DNA of 64,000 nt, from NCBI GenBank assembly GCA_030704615.1, contig CM060733.1:13764001-13828000 (forward strand). Direction: 5' to 3'. A program made the translations under genes and the position numbers. Shown piece by piece: positions 13,048 to 26,646 of this stretch. Below the pieces are notes generated by a model. It worked only from the letters and a program-made list of their open reading frames with translations, was not told the origin of the DNA and searched no databases. This DNA comes from Takakia lepidozioides. Lineage: Eukaryota > Plantae > Bryophyta. The first letter of the stretch is position 1; each line of letters starts with the position of its first letter.

Positions 13048-16000
13048 TCAGAACAAGGACATTGTTAAGGGGTTGGTGAAAATAGGTTTGTGAGTCCACA
13101 CAAGGCGCAAAAACAACCTACCAATGGGTACGCCTATCAGCTGGAAGACTTCATCAAACTCACCTTCGCTCAACACTCTTGTCAGAGACATTGCCACCAT
13201 GCCCATGAACTCCTGCAATGTCAAATACTTCTAAGGCCTTCAGTAAAATAGAGCCATTCCCTAGCTTCCACATTGTCTGTTCATATTTTTGTGTTTGACT
13301 GGCAAGAAATGTGTGAGGGGTAGGAGCGAAACGAGAGCAGAAGAGAGGAGCAAGGGAGGACCTTGCCGAAGGTGTCCTGGTCCCAAACCTCCACAATGAG
13401 CATATCATGCATGGCATCTTCCACTGTGAAGTGAAACGTTTGGTTCCATTCTGGATTCAAATTCTTGTGCATTACCTGCAGCGGAATAGAGAGTCAATAC
13501 CAGTGGAGCTATATGCATCTCCATCCTGCTTGTCTGCTGCATCCCCCCCCCCCCTCTCTCTTTCTTGATGTGCGGGTCTATGTTAACAAGGCTACAGCAT
13601 ACAATGTCTTATGAGTACATTCTTTCTGGATGTGCATATCTTGTTGTTGGCCTCCTGTGAATTTCATGATGTTTGTCTTTCTTTCTGAAGTACCATTTCA
13701 TTTCATTACATCTCAGTCTTTGCATGAGGACTTTAGCTTCGAGGACCCGAGGTGTCTGGTCAAGTAAGCCCTATAGATATCCCATGGCCATAAAAAAGAT
13801 TAATGTTTCTTTCTCTTTACCTTACATTGCCCCCCACCCCCCTTACAACTGCCAGGAGATCCAAGGGAGATCAGGAATTACCAACCATAGTTTTGTTCTT
13901 TTCATGAAGGGTTTTGCTCATTTGGACGACCGCATATGGATCACCTTTCCCATTGAAGTCTGTTGACAGAAGATTCTCAGCACGGACTACGGTCACTGAG
14001 AGAACCCCTCGCACTCTCTCCCACATCTTGCCCTTCCGAGAAAATCTAGCAGACAACAATCAATTAGTCCCAATTACGAGATCTTAGACCAGCTTCCAGC
14101 TTTGCAAGCATGTCTTATAGAAAGAGATGAAATGAAATGGTACTTCATACTGTCCACAGAAAGAAGAAAGGAGCTTTATAAGATCCTTGAGAAGCTCAAT
14201 GACCTTATGAGCTTGTACTTATGGAGACATGACAAGATTGGTGACTTGGACTTGAGAAAAACCCAGCTGTGCAAGAAAGCAAAAGGAAAGGCTATAGACA
14301 TAGCCATCCAAAGGGATGGGAGCCAGCAACAAACAAGAAACAACTAGAAGAATCTGGGCCTTAATCACTGCTTTAAGGTGAAGTGCCTCATGAGAGTACA
14401 TTTTGAGAGCAACTATTCCCTCCAAATCTTGGTTTGATGGACCATTGAGGGTGTAGTCATGATGGGACATCAAAACACAAGTCACAGATGTGACATCACT
14501 AGGAGGACTAGCCTTTGAAAAGACAGTAGTACCTCACAGCAGGAGAAATAGAGGTGATGCTCTATCTCTACCTCGTGTACATTGCATACATAAACTTTCC
14601 CAGAAACAGAAACCAAGGAATTTAATAATGTCCACAGGAAGCCCACGGAAATATGTGACAAACAAGGAAATTAATAAAACAATTAAGCTGCCAAATGATC
14701 TCTACGAGAGGAATAAAAATAAATAAATAAAATTTACTACTTTCATTGGAGGCCCAAAGGAAGAGAGGGGGAGAGAAGGTTAAATCAGCACTTGTGGCTT
14801 AAGGGTGGGGTCGTGTTGCTACGCCGCTTCTCCAGAACTGAGACTCCAAATGTGGAACCATCAAAAATGCTGGCCAGGCTTGCTCGGTTCAGTCGAGCTT
14901 CTTCATCCTCATAGCGACGGTAGACCATTTCAATGTTTACCTGGATAAGTGCCAACAATGGGTAAATGCAAGTTAACAGAATTCATACTGTTTAGTTATT
15001 CAGCTTAAACAGGGGTTACTTTCAATTGCAACAAGTACAGCAAAATTGGAAACAACTGAATTTACCTGGCCTCTATACTTGGTGTCTTGGACGTGGTCAT
15101 ATTCCTCTAGATTCTTGACCAGTCGGAGCCATCGCTCCGCTATTGTCCCTGGTTCCAAGGCCTGTACCACATTTGCATACAAAAGAACATCCAAGAATTA
15201 TGTTATGCTGTCATAAAAATTTGTAATTGTCCGAGGGAGGCCCAAGGGCTCAAGGAAGAACAACGAAGGACCGTAGAAAGGAATCCAAAGAACTATGCAA
15301 GAAAGAAATGAAACACCATTATAACGTTGTGGAAAGCTCAAAGAGCTTATGGGACAAGAGAAAGCAAGAAACAAGAAAGAGATAGGGGCCCTCCACGACC
15401 AGCCCACAAACAACTCAAGAAATAAAGAAACTTTACAACATCCACAGGGTCCATGGGACAAAATAGAACAGACATGTAGACATGCACAAGGGTTGCAGTA
15501 CCCGGTGGCACCTTCCTATGTATCTAAGTTATGAATGAGACAGGCAGAGGGAGTTTTCGCTGCTAGATTGGACGACATAGAAACATCTGACTATGGAAGC
15601 TGAAAGGGTGGTGCCAAACATGGTCCATGTCGAGACTCTAACTGGCACCTTCACTGTGTCCATGCATTGCCATAAAAACTGCAAAGTGCAAAAGGAAGCA
15701 ATTAAGGTGCGTTGAGTAGAATTAATCAAATCACCATTTCAAGATGTGTTCGGATGTAGAGACATGGGCTGAACAATCTTTACCTGCAAATAAAACTGAG
15801 TGCAGCCTAGCACCTGGAACTCCTGCGCAGCACCTTCATCAAGCAAGAAGATCACCAGTTTCTGTTCGTCTGGGTCTTCAACTTCTAACTCAAACAGCTG
15901 GTTCCAGATTGGATTTCCCTCATTTCTCTGACCAGCAGATAAGAAGATGTCAAGAGAGAAGCAGAAGAGAACTCATTGTCCTCAAGACACCTTGACGGCC

Positions 16001-19000
16001 TATGGACCGAGTAGGGGAACACGATTATATCAATATGGGGTAGTTATAGCTCTGTCACAGCCAACAGTGTCTAATTTGCAAGATAATGTACTTTGCTAGG
16101 TGATAGCAAATAATGACAGTAGGTATCAGAAACACACTGAGAATCTGCTGCATCCCATGACCTTAAGATCTATGTTACAGTGGTACTTGTAGGAACCCCT
16201 GGCAGTCACACTGGAAAGCATGTCATGAGAGACAGAATGTATTCACTGACTATTGCCTGTACCATTGGTTATGATGTAATTTGAAGGCCATAGTCCGCAC
16301 AAGCTATTGATCGTCCAGAGGTGGTTGGGGGTTTTGATTTACCAGGAAGAAGAAAAAAGAGAAAAAAACCACAGCCTGAGGGGCTGTGGGACCGGAATAG
16401 GCTCAGTTGCATACTATGCAAGTGGGCTGCGGAAAAAGGAAGAATACTTTTACATCTGCGGAGGCCCAAAGGACCCAACAGACACAGCAGAACACAGTTG
16501 TCATCAACCATCTGACAGATCTGCCGAAATTCCTGTCAAGTGGAAAGACATGCACTATGCAACATTGACTTGTGGATTTGTGCAAGTGCGCTTGAATGAT
16601 GCATGACCAAGAGCCAAGTAGCCAATATTATAACTACAACTATAGTGGGATGATATCAAGCATGGAGAGCGGTCTCGTCTGCACATTGCAACCTGTGCAT
16701 GGTACCAACTCCTGACAAAAAGGAAATGAAATGAAATGAAATGGTGCTTTGTAACGTCCGTGGAAAGCTCATAGAGCTTATGGGACAAAATGGAAGGAAG
16801 AACATGAGAAATGAAATGAAATGAAATGGTGCTTTATAACGTCCGCGGAAAGCTCATAGAGCTCATGGGACAGAATGGAAGGATGAACATGAGAGAAAAT
16901 AGGAAAACCAGAGTCAGAGAAAAGAACTATTCGAGTGATTGTCTAAGGGTGAATGCCTCGTGCAGGTAGGCTGCCAAACATTTCTGATCCTCATAGTGGA
17001 AGACTTCAGTGAGAGATTGGGTTCCACGGAATAGACAATGGAATCTCCCACGGATCTCATAGTATAGGGGGAAATAGAAGAAGAAGTGTTCTTCAGTTTC
17101 AATTTCCTGGTTGCGCCCTGTGCAAGCAGGACATAGGCGGTCCTCCCGCTGCAGGTTTTCCCATCTGCCAGTCTCGATCCGTAGGTTGTGGGAGCCCACC
17201 CTGAACCGCCCCAAAGCCCTCAGGAGAGAAGGAGAAATGAAATGAAATGAAGTGGTGCTTTATAACGTCTGCGGAAAGCTCATAGAGCTTATGGGACAAA
17301 ATGGAAAAAAACATGAGAGAGGCCAGAAACCACAATTAATGTTCTAGCGATTGTCTAAGGGTGAAGGCCTCGTGCAGGTAGGCTGCCAAGCATTTTTGAT
17401 CCTCATAGTGGAAGACATCAGTGAGAGTTTGGGTTCCACTGAATAAACAGTGGAATCTCCCACGGATCTTGTAGTATAGAGGGCAGTAGAAGAAGAAGTG
17501 TTCTTCAGTTTCAATTTCCTTGCTGCGCCCTATGCAAGCTGGACATAGGCGGTCCTCCCGTTGCAGGTTTTCCCATCTGCCAGTCTCTATCCGTAGGTTG
17601 TGGGAACCCACCCTGAACCGCCCCAATGCCCTCAGGAGGGAAGGAGATAAGGATGCTGAAAGGTAATTTGGTCTCAAGATTCTATCATCGCGGAGCGCCA
17701 AGAATGTCTCTCGATAGAAGTGGAGCTTTGTCGTGAAGATAAAGAGGCCGAAAGGTAATTGGGCCGCAAGATTCTATCATCCCAGAGAACCAAGAATGTT
17801 TCTCAATAGAAATGGAGCTTTGTTGTGAGGTTGGGTAACTTCCAAGTTCTCCTGACATGTAACTCCATGAGCTCCTTTCTAATGAGTTGGTTGCGGTCAT
17901 GTCTGGATGTGATTTCCACCTCTTCTGGGTTCACTGGCAAAAGTGAAGCTATAGAGAGTCCATGGCATTCAAAAAAGGTATCCACACGGGCATACCAGGA
18001 TTGTTTGAAGCCTGCATTTTTGAGTCTCATAGATGTTGTGAGGGCCCTGGCCACAAGCCCCTTGGGGGGAAGGCCTAGTAACCTATGCAGGAAAATTGTA
18101 AGCTGGAAGAGGGCCTCAGTTTGGAGTGGCACACAGGCGAATTCTGCATTCAATATGTGCGATGGAGTTGTGCCTCTGGCGCCAAGCAAGATGACTGCAA
18201 TGGTTCCAAATTGTTTTCCCACCAGGAAACTGGGACTGCAGGTGCCCAAAATTCACAACCAAAAGTGGCATTGGGGTGACTACGCTATCAAACAGCCACT
18301 TCTTGGTCGGTGGGTGGCGCAGGTGTATCTGCTTGCATTTGGCCTGAAGGCGGATGGAGGCTGCCTTGCCTTTTGTCAATCTGTCCAGGGCAGTGGCTGC
18401 AAAGTGGAATTTGGGGGAGTGGATAACCAGCCCCAGATATTGGTAGGATTTGACTATCTCCACCTCCCGATTGTTGAGGAAGAATCTGCGGTCGGCCTGC
18501 CCATTGAAAACCATGATCTTGGTTTTTGTAAGGTTGACTTGCAACCCATAGTCATTGGAGAACTGTTCCAAGATGTCGAGATGGCGTTGTAGGAAGATAG
18601 GAGATTGTGCCAAAAGGGCAACATCATCCGCGTAGAGAAACGAAATGAAATGGTGCTTTATAACGTCCGAGGAAAGCTCAGAGCTTATGGGACAAAATAG
18701 GAAAACCAGAGTCAGAGAAAAGAACTATTGTTCGAGTGACAAAAAGGAAGAGCTACACATGACTTTGTGGCAAGAATTCAAGGCTTTCCACTCAACATTT
18801 GTGGTGAGGCAGGCATCCAGCAAAATTAGGATGTGTAAGCCTCTCATTGCCGAAAGACTTTCCTTCCTCCATATTAACTCAAACCCAAATCAAAATAGAT
18901 AGATTATCAGGGTTAGGGCGTTACTTGCTCCTTACTATGGTCGTGCTCCTCTTCAAACGCCCTGGGGTGGCATGGATGTAGATCATTGCAAATGGGTCCG

Positions 19001-22000
19001 GATTCTTAACAGTGTTATACTGCCGCAAATCCCTTGCCTGGACCAGCTTGATGTCTATAATTCCCACTGGCGGCATTTCAAGAAGCCGCTGACGAAAGAT
19101 CATGCCATTCCTGCGAGGACACATGTGGCGCTGCAGCCTAATATGAAACCCCCGAACCAACCGTGACCACATATCAGCCTGACAGAGATTAAATGGTTTT
19201 GGGCACCCAATTGTCGGCCTATGACCTGCTAAACGTGCTTCAAGTAAGAGAGATGACCATATAACACACTAAAGAGAGCTTCTTATGTACACCCATCAAT
19301 TTAGTGAATTCCTGCTGGTAATTTCACAACTGTTAATCTCACATAAACAGTGGGTTTTCGATCGGAGAAAAACCTAAAATCTGGGCTTGTACCCAGAAAA
19401 GGGACTTGAGAGGATGGTAACAAGGTGTTCTGCTGTTAGCGGTCAATACTGAAAGTGGGATATGACCACTGTGGTGGTTACAACCCAGGGCTGAGATCTC
19501 GTACACATCAATACAAGAGAAGTTCAGAGATGCCACTGCCCATGATGAAACTTGGGGGAAAGACCTAGCATTAGATTGCGTATGTACAACAGTAGTGAGA
19601 TTGGTGACCAGATCTAGAGTCCAATCCATGAAGACAATTGTGTTTTAGAAGGACGAGCGTGTGAAAATCTTGCTTCAAGTGATCTGGCTGTACCTGCTGT
19701 AATCTCCATCCACTGGGTTGGGAATGACAGGAAGAACAACTCGAATGGGCCAGCATAGAGAATCAATGACTGCCGTCGTGATCATGTCCTGCAATCAGTT
19801 CCATCCAGTTTAGGTTCACCAACTGCTGCTGTTAGGTACTGCGATGAGAAAGTGATTTGAGAGGTTGCTAGAAGAGTGCCCTGCCGTCCAGCCCATGTGG
19901 AGCTAGCATTTGCAACGCCTGTAAAGTTCAAATTGTCATCACAGCTCTTATATCACTTCCAAATATTTCCCACCATACATAGAGCCATGGTGTTCTCACT
20001 TCCTTCCTTCATTTCATTTCATTTCTCTGTGTCACCTCTTAATTTCACTGACATGAAAGAAAAATGGTTCAGACTGCTTAATAACTGTGATTAGAAGGGA
20101 AATGATGTACATGGAGTGTTTCAGCCAATCCAGGAACAGTCCGGATGTCTCCACCAATGAACTTCAATGTGAAATCAAATTTCTTCTGCTTGCAAAACAT
20201 TAGTAGTTATTGGCATCTTAACTGCACCAGGCCTCAGGAACAACTTGAATTGAGTCGAAATCCTCCTCTACTGTATGTCACAGCATAGAAGGAAACAAAA
20301 AGCAAGACAATCTTTCTTCAGGTCTAGGAGAAGGGTCATGAAGGTCTTCCATGGTCGTCTTCCTCCAAAGAATAGAAATGTCAAGTAGGAAAATCCCAAA
20401 CACAGCCTGAGAGGGGTGTGTTGGACCTACTGAACCTAAACAGCGAGGACAACAGCAAACACAACAAAGAGGCAAAGAAATAGCCTCCACGTTGTCTCTT
20501 CGGCACGAAAGGGCTGGAACCTCACCTGGTCCCATCACAAGCATCCACACAACCAATAGGTTAGTGACTGTTGTGTAATCTAGACACTTTAAGCCCAACC
20601 CACTGTGGGACAACATTCCAGTGATAGCAAGCTCAAGGTAGATGAAACATAAAACTCAATCAGCAATATGCTACTGACTTGAGTGTGCTATGGCAAGGCA
20701 CCTCATAAAGAATAGAGCTGGGATTGTAAGAAGAGAACCTTGAAGTGTGGCAGCATGCCACAAGTTGCACCCCTTCCTGCTCAGCCACTTCTTGAGCTTG
20801 AAGAAGATGGCTGAGAGTGAAGACAACTACCCCATATATGCTGAAGGATGGGGGCTCCTTACCTCTCCTTCTATAGGTATGTACTAGGGAGAGCCACGTG
20901 GCAAACCATATCTAATTGCAAGAGTGGGGCGTACAACTTTGCAATTATAATGAGAGGTTAGCAACTTTCAAAATAGAGCCACCAACTAGAGGATAGTCAT
21001 AAAGGGTGTTATGTCTAACCGGTGGAATGCCAACTGTTTGGTGCTGCAGCATAGTACATTAACTCTGGAAGCTAGGAGATAAAGGGGATCATTATGAGCC
21101 ACCCTATTTATTTGACAACTTGAATTAAAAGCTTAAAACAGGTAATATGAGATCTACAGACAGCAAGAAAGACAATTTACAAGGTATGTGCCTGTGATAG
21201 CACGACGCCACAGAACACATTAAGCATCCTCAATATTCATGAGCCCATACAACAAATTGAGAGTTAACAGAGTTAACAGTTAAGGAAGTATGAACTGTAC
21301 AACCATCCAGGAACTCTCAGCCATATGCCTCACATTCTAATTGACTTGCCTTTTTCCGAATTGAATATGTGAGAGCTCCAAAGCCAGGCAACTCCTCCAC
21401 CAGGGGCTTGAATATCAATCGAAAGATGAGGGTCATGCTAATGTCTTTAACCTGCGGAGGTCCAGCAAGGTATATTGCTCTGTTTAGAGATGATTTGAGT
21501 GTGTTTGTCTGTCCACCGGGGACCCAGAGGTCCTGTGGGCTACTGCAAGAGAAAAACAAAAGACTGTGTCAAGAAGTTCCACGGAGACAGAGTGCCTGCT
21601 CCACACTTCAGGACTTCATAGCTGAATCCTCTGCCAAGGAAGCGCAGTTTGTAGAATTTGATCTGGAGGAGAACCCCCTTTCCTCAAACAAAGAAAAAGA
21701 ATGTACTTATAAGACGTTGTTTGCCGTAGCCTTGTGGACATAGACTGTGCGAGTAGTTTGGCCGGAACAAGAGGGAACAGACACTACATTTGTGAGGGGC
21801 TCACTCCAGTAGTGGGACAGAGAGAAAAAGAGAAATGAAATGAAATGAAATGAAATGAAATGGTACTTTATAACGTCCGCGGAAAGCTCATAGAGCTTAT
21901 GGGACAAAATGGAAACATGAGAGAGGAACAAGTCCAGAAACCACAATTAATGTTCTAGCGAATGTCGAAGGGTCAAGGCCTCGTGCAGGTAGGCTGCCAA

Positions 22001-25000
22001 GCATTTTTGATCCTCATAGTGGAAGACATCAGTGAGAGTTTGGGTTCCACTGAATAAACAGTGGAATCTCCCACGGATCTCGTAGTATAGAGGGCAGTAG
22101 AAGAAGAAGTGTGCTTCAGTTTCAATTTCCTGGCTGCGCCCTATGCAAGCTGGACATAGGCTGTCCTCCCGTTGCAGGTTTTCCCATCTGCCAGTCTCTA
22201 TCCGTAGGTTGTGGGAACCCACCCTGAACCGCCCCAATGCCCTCAGGAGGGAAGGAGATAAGGATGCTGAAAGGTAGTTTGGTCTCAAGATTCTATTGTC
22301 GTGGAGCACCAAGAATGTCTCTCGATAGAAATGGAGCTTTGTTGTGAGATTGGGTAGCTTCCAAGTTCTCTGGACATGTAATTCCATAAGCTCTCTCCTA
22401 ATGAGTCTGTTGCGGATTGCAATGGTACACATGCGAACTCTGCCCCTAGGATCTGAGATGGAGTTGTGCTCCTGGCGCCAAGCATTGCTTGGAGAAAAGA
22501 TGACTGTAATGGCTCAAATTCTTTTCCCACCAGGAGACAGGGACACCAGGTGCCCAGAACTCACAACCATAGATGGTAGCAGGGCTGACGACAGTGTCAA
22601 ACAGCCACTTTTTGGTTGGGGGATGACGCAGATGTATTTGCTTGCATTTGGCCTGAAGGCGGACGGAGGCCGCCTTACCTTTAGTCAATCTGTCCAAGGC
22701 AGTGGCTGCAAAGTGAAACTTGGGGGAGTGGATAACCAGACCCAGGTATCGGTATGATTTCACAATCTCAATTTCTTGCTGGTTGAAGATGAATCTACGA
22801 TCAGCCTGGCCATTGAAGACCATGATCTTGGTCTTGCTAAGATTGACTTGCATCCCATAGTCTTTGCAGAACTGTTCCAAAATTTTGAGATGGCGTTGCA
22901 GGAAGACCGGGGATAGTGCCAAAAGGGCAACATCATCAGCGTAGAGGAGATCTGATTGCGTTGGTCCCCCATCCAATGGTACCCCAACCCCATGGTTTTT
23001 TGATATGTAATTCTCCAAATCGTCAATGTAGATCCCGAACAGGGTAGGTGAAAGGGGGCAGCCCTGTTTGACTCCAATGTTGCTGTGGACCTCGGCTGAG
23101 AATTCACCAGCGATGTGGACCATGCCAGTGACAATCTCATACATAGAAGAGATGGCACAAAGGATGTCTGGAGGGACTTCCACTCTATGGAGCCGTTGGA
23201 AGAGAAGGTCCCGAGGAACTGAATCAAAGGCTTTGTGAAAGTCCACGAAGCAAACATAGACCATTCTTTTGTCATAGCGTGCACTTTCCACCATAACCTG
23301 AAGAGTGAAGATGTGGTCAATAGTGGATCTGTTGCGACGGAAACCAGCCTGTCCCTCAGCACGAATGCGAGAGGACTCAGCCCAATCATCCAGTTCCATG
23401 GCCACTACTGCCCCAAACAGTTTAGCAAGTACCGAGGACACCATGATAGTACGATAGTTGGTCGGTGCGAGCCTGTCACCGCTCTTGAAGAGGACTCTGG
23501 AGAAGAATTGGTATGTAGTAGTAAAGATTTGATGTGACGTCTAGCAGTCTTGCATTCCTCATCATAAAATGGGGCATAACGATGGAAGGGTGACGGGAAA
23601 GGATCGCAGGGCTGAGTCCCAAAGGGCTAGAGTAAGATGTGTAGCCTTGTCGTTAGGAGATGGTAGATGTAGAATGGAGGGGAGGGTTGACGCTAGGTGT
23701 GTTTCATACTCGGTGTCGTGTAAGTGAGAGAAAGGGGTATTAAAGTGGATACGTGGGTGTAGGGGAAGAGAAGCAGAGAAGGAGGGGCAGAACAGAGATT
23801 TGAATCTGTAAGAACAGTGAAAAGCTGCAGCCATGAAACCACCTTTAATAGTGCCTTCACAAGTGCAAGCCAGGCACTTACCTGGCAGTTTTTATCAATG
23901 ACATTGTCACTCATGTGTTTTTTGGCGGGGTGGGGAGTCCATCCTTGCTGCATGCATTTGCATTACTGAGGTCAAAAGGCCTGCTGTGAAGGTGGTGAAG
24001 GAACAGACCTATTTAGACTTTGCCCAGAACCGATGCTTCCAAGGTGGCTGCAGTTTTTTTTATCAATGATATATGTTACTCATGTCGCAGAGGAGGGAAA
24101 TCCTTCTGCGGTGCATGCATGTGGACTACCGAGTTTGAAGGGATTGCTGTGAAACTGGTTGAAGGAACAGATATGTTTCTTACTCATTAGACTTTGTTCA
24201 AACTGACATGCAAGAGAAATACCTGTACAGGAAGAGACACACCCATAACGGTTGCCACTGAAAAAATGCAACTCGAATTCCCCTCCCACTGGGCCTCTGC
24301 GTCCATCGAAATCTCATCCTTTGCCAAATCTAACATTTGAACTCCTGACAATGCCAAGCGTGTTTCATTAAGATACTTGTCAACTGTGGTGAATCATGGA
24401 AGCCAGGGCTGTTACAGACACTAGAAATTTGCAGTACAAAAAGATAGATGTTTTAATCAACAAAAAATGACCCCATTGTACCACTACAGAGATCATGCAT
24501 CAGCTCGGATAGTCTAAAAGAGATTGCAAAACCGAATGTGTTTTGCATCCCAGACTGTGTTATGATAATACAAAAACCCTTGCTTCAACACAAAAGTGGC
24601 TCCCAGAAGGGTATAGATTTTTGGCCTGCTGTTAAGGTACCAGGCATGGACATTCATTGTGAATATGGTGCATATGTGACAGAAAAGTGGAGACCAAGAA
24701 CGGCAATACATCAGACCTTTAAACTGAGGAGCAACAGTGCCAAGCGTGAGCTTCTGAAAACTGACAGACGAAGCAAGAGTAGGTTTGTAGAAATCCAGAT
24801 AGGGTTCCCAAATCTCCATTAGCCTTTTGGAATATGCCTGCCCAACCACACCATACACTCCATATCATCCACCACAAATCAGCAGAATGGAGATGTATCC
24901 TGTGCCTTCCTCTTTCTTCCCTGTACCAGCCGGGCAGGAGGTCTCCCAAAAATCTCTCAGAAGTCCTGCACTAAGGGTGGAATACCAATGGCAACAGGCA

Positions 25001-26646
25001 AGTAAAATCTGCCTCTTCTCCTTTTTCCAATGTTTCTAGAGTGCCACAACACCCAAACAACAACCCCATAAGGAAACAACTGCCAAAGTTACTCTAGAAC
25101 GAAAGAAGACTCCTGTAACTGGGCAGACCATCGTGGGCATCAGGCTGCAACCAACTGTACTATACAGAGGGAGGCCGGCAGGAAAATCTATACCTCGTTG
25201 AAGAAGGGCCACACCTTTTCCAGTTGCCGGTTCAGCCAATTCACCTGCTCGGACTCCATCACAGAACAGACACTTGCTCAGGTGCATACATATCACTAAG
25301 TAAGTTTAGTATGGAGTAAACCAAATATCCAACCCAACAAGCACTCCTTCTCTCTCCTGGTTGAACTCCAGACTTTGTTACATTGTTGTTCCATTATAGT
25401 GAGCACTCACTTGGCGTATATCAAACCATGAGAATTCGGATCTCACCTTTTCAGGTTCAGAAAAGACAACCCAAGACGGAAATAGTGTCTTGGAAAATAT
25501 CCTGTGGTAGTCATCCAAGGTCATGCTGGATAGAGCAATAATGTAGCCAGCCTTCACACAGTACAGAAATGAATAAAAGTCATCCGATTGACCGTCATGG
25601 CAGCATGTGACCTGGCTATTCCAAATATTGCGCAGGTCTGTGCAACTGAAGCCAACTCGTTATTTGTGAGCTCAAAACATAGATGCATGGCATCTGGCAA
25701 CGAAGCTCTTCCTAACATTTTTGAGGAATCAGTCTGCACAGTATTGAACTTGGGTAGGCAGGTTCTTGACATTCATTTGATGGAAGATGCAACACAGTGC
25801 CTCCTACAGAACACTATACCAATCAGAAATTACAGCATTGTGAAGGAATTGAAATGACATGAAATGGTACTTTACTGTCTGCGGGAAGTTCAAAGGGCTA
25901 CCTTAAAGAGTAGAAAGGCAAGGAAGTGAAATGGTAATTTATAACGTCCACGGAAAGCTCAAAGAGCTTATGGGACAAAATGGAAAAGAGTAGAAAGGAA
26001 GAAAGGGAAAGGGAAAGGGAAAGGAAAGCAAGCCACCACATGGGTAAAATGCCACACGGTTCACTGGCTGAAATGTTCCCAGTCCAGGAAAAAGTAAGCC
26101 AATTGCTTAAGTCTTCGGATGATTGATAGTCACTGGTGCTATTATCTCTGAGCATGCCAAATTGCCAGCTTCCCTGACTGAGATGTCTACCATCTAATAA
26201 TTTTTTTCAAAATTCTCATTTTGATATTGAAATCCTGCATGAATACCTCAGACATCAAATAATCAGGTACAAAGGTTTGAACAATGAGACACCTTCAGCC
26301 GGCGTGCTCGGGATCGTTGTTTCTGGCAATGCCTAAATGCGAACATCAACCCCAGGCCCATAATCACCCCGGGCACAATCCCAAACAAGATCGCACCCGA
26401 TGAGAATCCAACCATAAAAGCCGGAACTGTACCGACGGTAGCAAGAAAACCAGCCTCCCATGCAAAATTCTCCCCTGGAAACATATGTATCTGCACCACA
26501 CGCAACACCTCTTGCCCAAGGCGCATCATGTGCAGGGGCAACACATTGTAGAGATAATGTGCCGATCGCCCTCGCCGGACAATCAGCCACGACAGTAATT
26601 CTTCTAAGATAGTCTGTGTTGTACTTTCCATTTCTGAATTCCACAT
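13048..26646 (-). CDS. Synaptotagmin SYT4/SYT5-like (TM-SMP-C2A-C2B); exons 26646(start uncertain)-26293, 25551-25447, 25244-25194, 24837-24717, 24344-24223, 21451-21350, 20185-20111, 19788-19694, 19110-18936, 15927-15784, 15161-15066, 14940-14792, 14045-13886, 13475-13362, 13212-13048
   Basis: TM GAILFGIVPGVIMGLGLMFAF. SMP motifs FPSWVVFSEPEKVNWLN, LTLGTVAPQF and FRLIFKPLVEELPGFGAL. C2B RGVLSVTVVRAENL..DFNGKGDPY..LNPEWNQTFHFTVEDAMHDMLIVEVWDQDTFGK. All exons join in frame; one intron is GC-AG. Confidence 0.9.
16726..18736 (-). mobile_element. Composite of four 5'-truncated RTEX-like LINE 3' ends in SYT intron 9, flanked by a 13-bp direct repeat
   Basis: Four (CATTT)n tails start near 16726, 16808, 17234 and 18641. 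Coding remnants include LYADD.. and RFRVGSHNLRIETGRW..C..C..EEH...CPLY. TGACAAAAAGGAA occurs at 16713-16725 and 18737-18749. Confidence 0.85.
21833..23780 (-). mobile_element. RTEX/RTE-group non-LTR retrotransposon, internally deleted, in SYT intron 5
   Basis: RT ORF 22446-23444 (QAGFR, FVDFHKAFDSV, GVKQGCPLSPTLF, LLYADD). C-terminal CCHC region 21947-22432, upstream FYDEECK motif and a (CATTT)n tail. The 5' boundary is approximate. Confidence 0.88.
25851..25985 (-). mobile_element. Two short RTEX-like 3'-end copies in SYT intron 1 (others at ~14127-14200 and ~15304-15360)
   Basis: gaaatggta.tttataacgtccacggaaagctcaaagagcttatgggacaaaa matches the LINE 3' end. Confidence 0.75.

Noticed and set aside
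20620-21030. Possible solo LTR in SYT intron 6
   Set aside because: No clean TG...CA termini or TSD.
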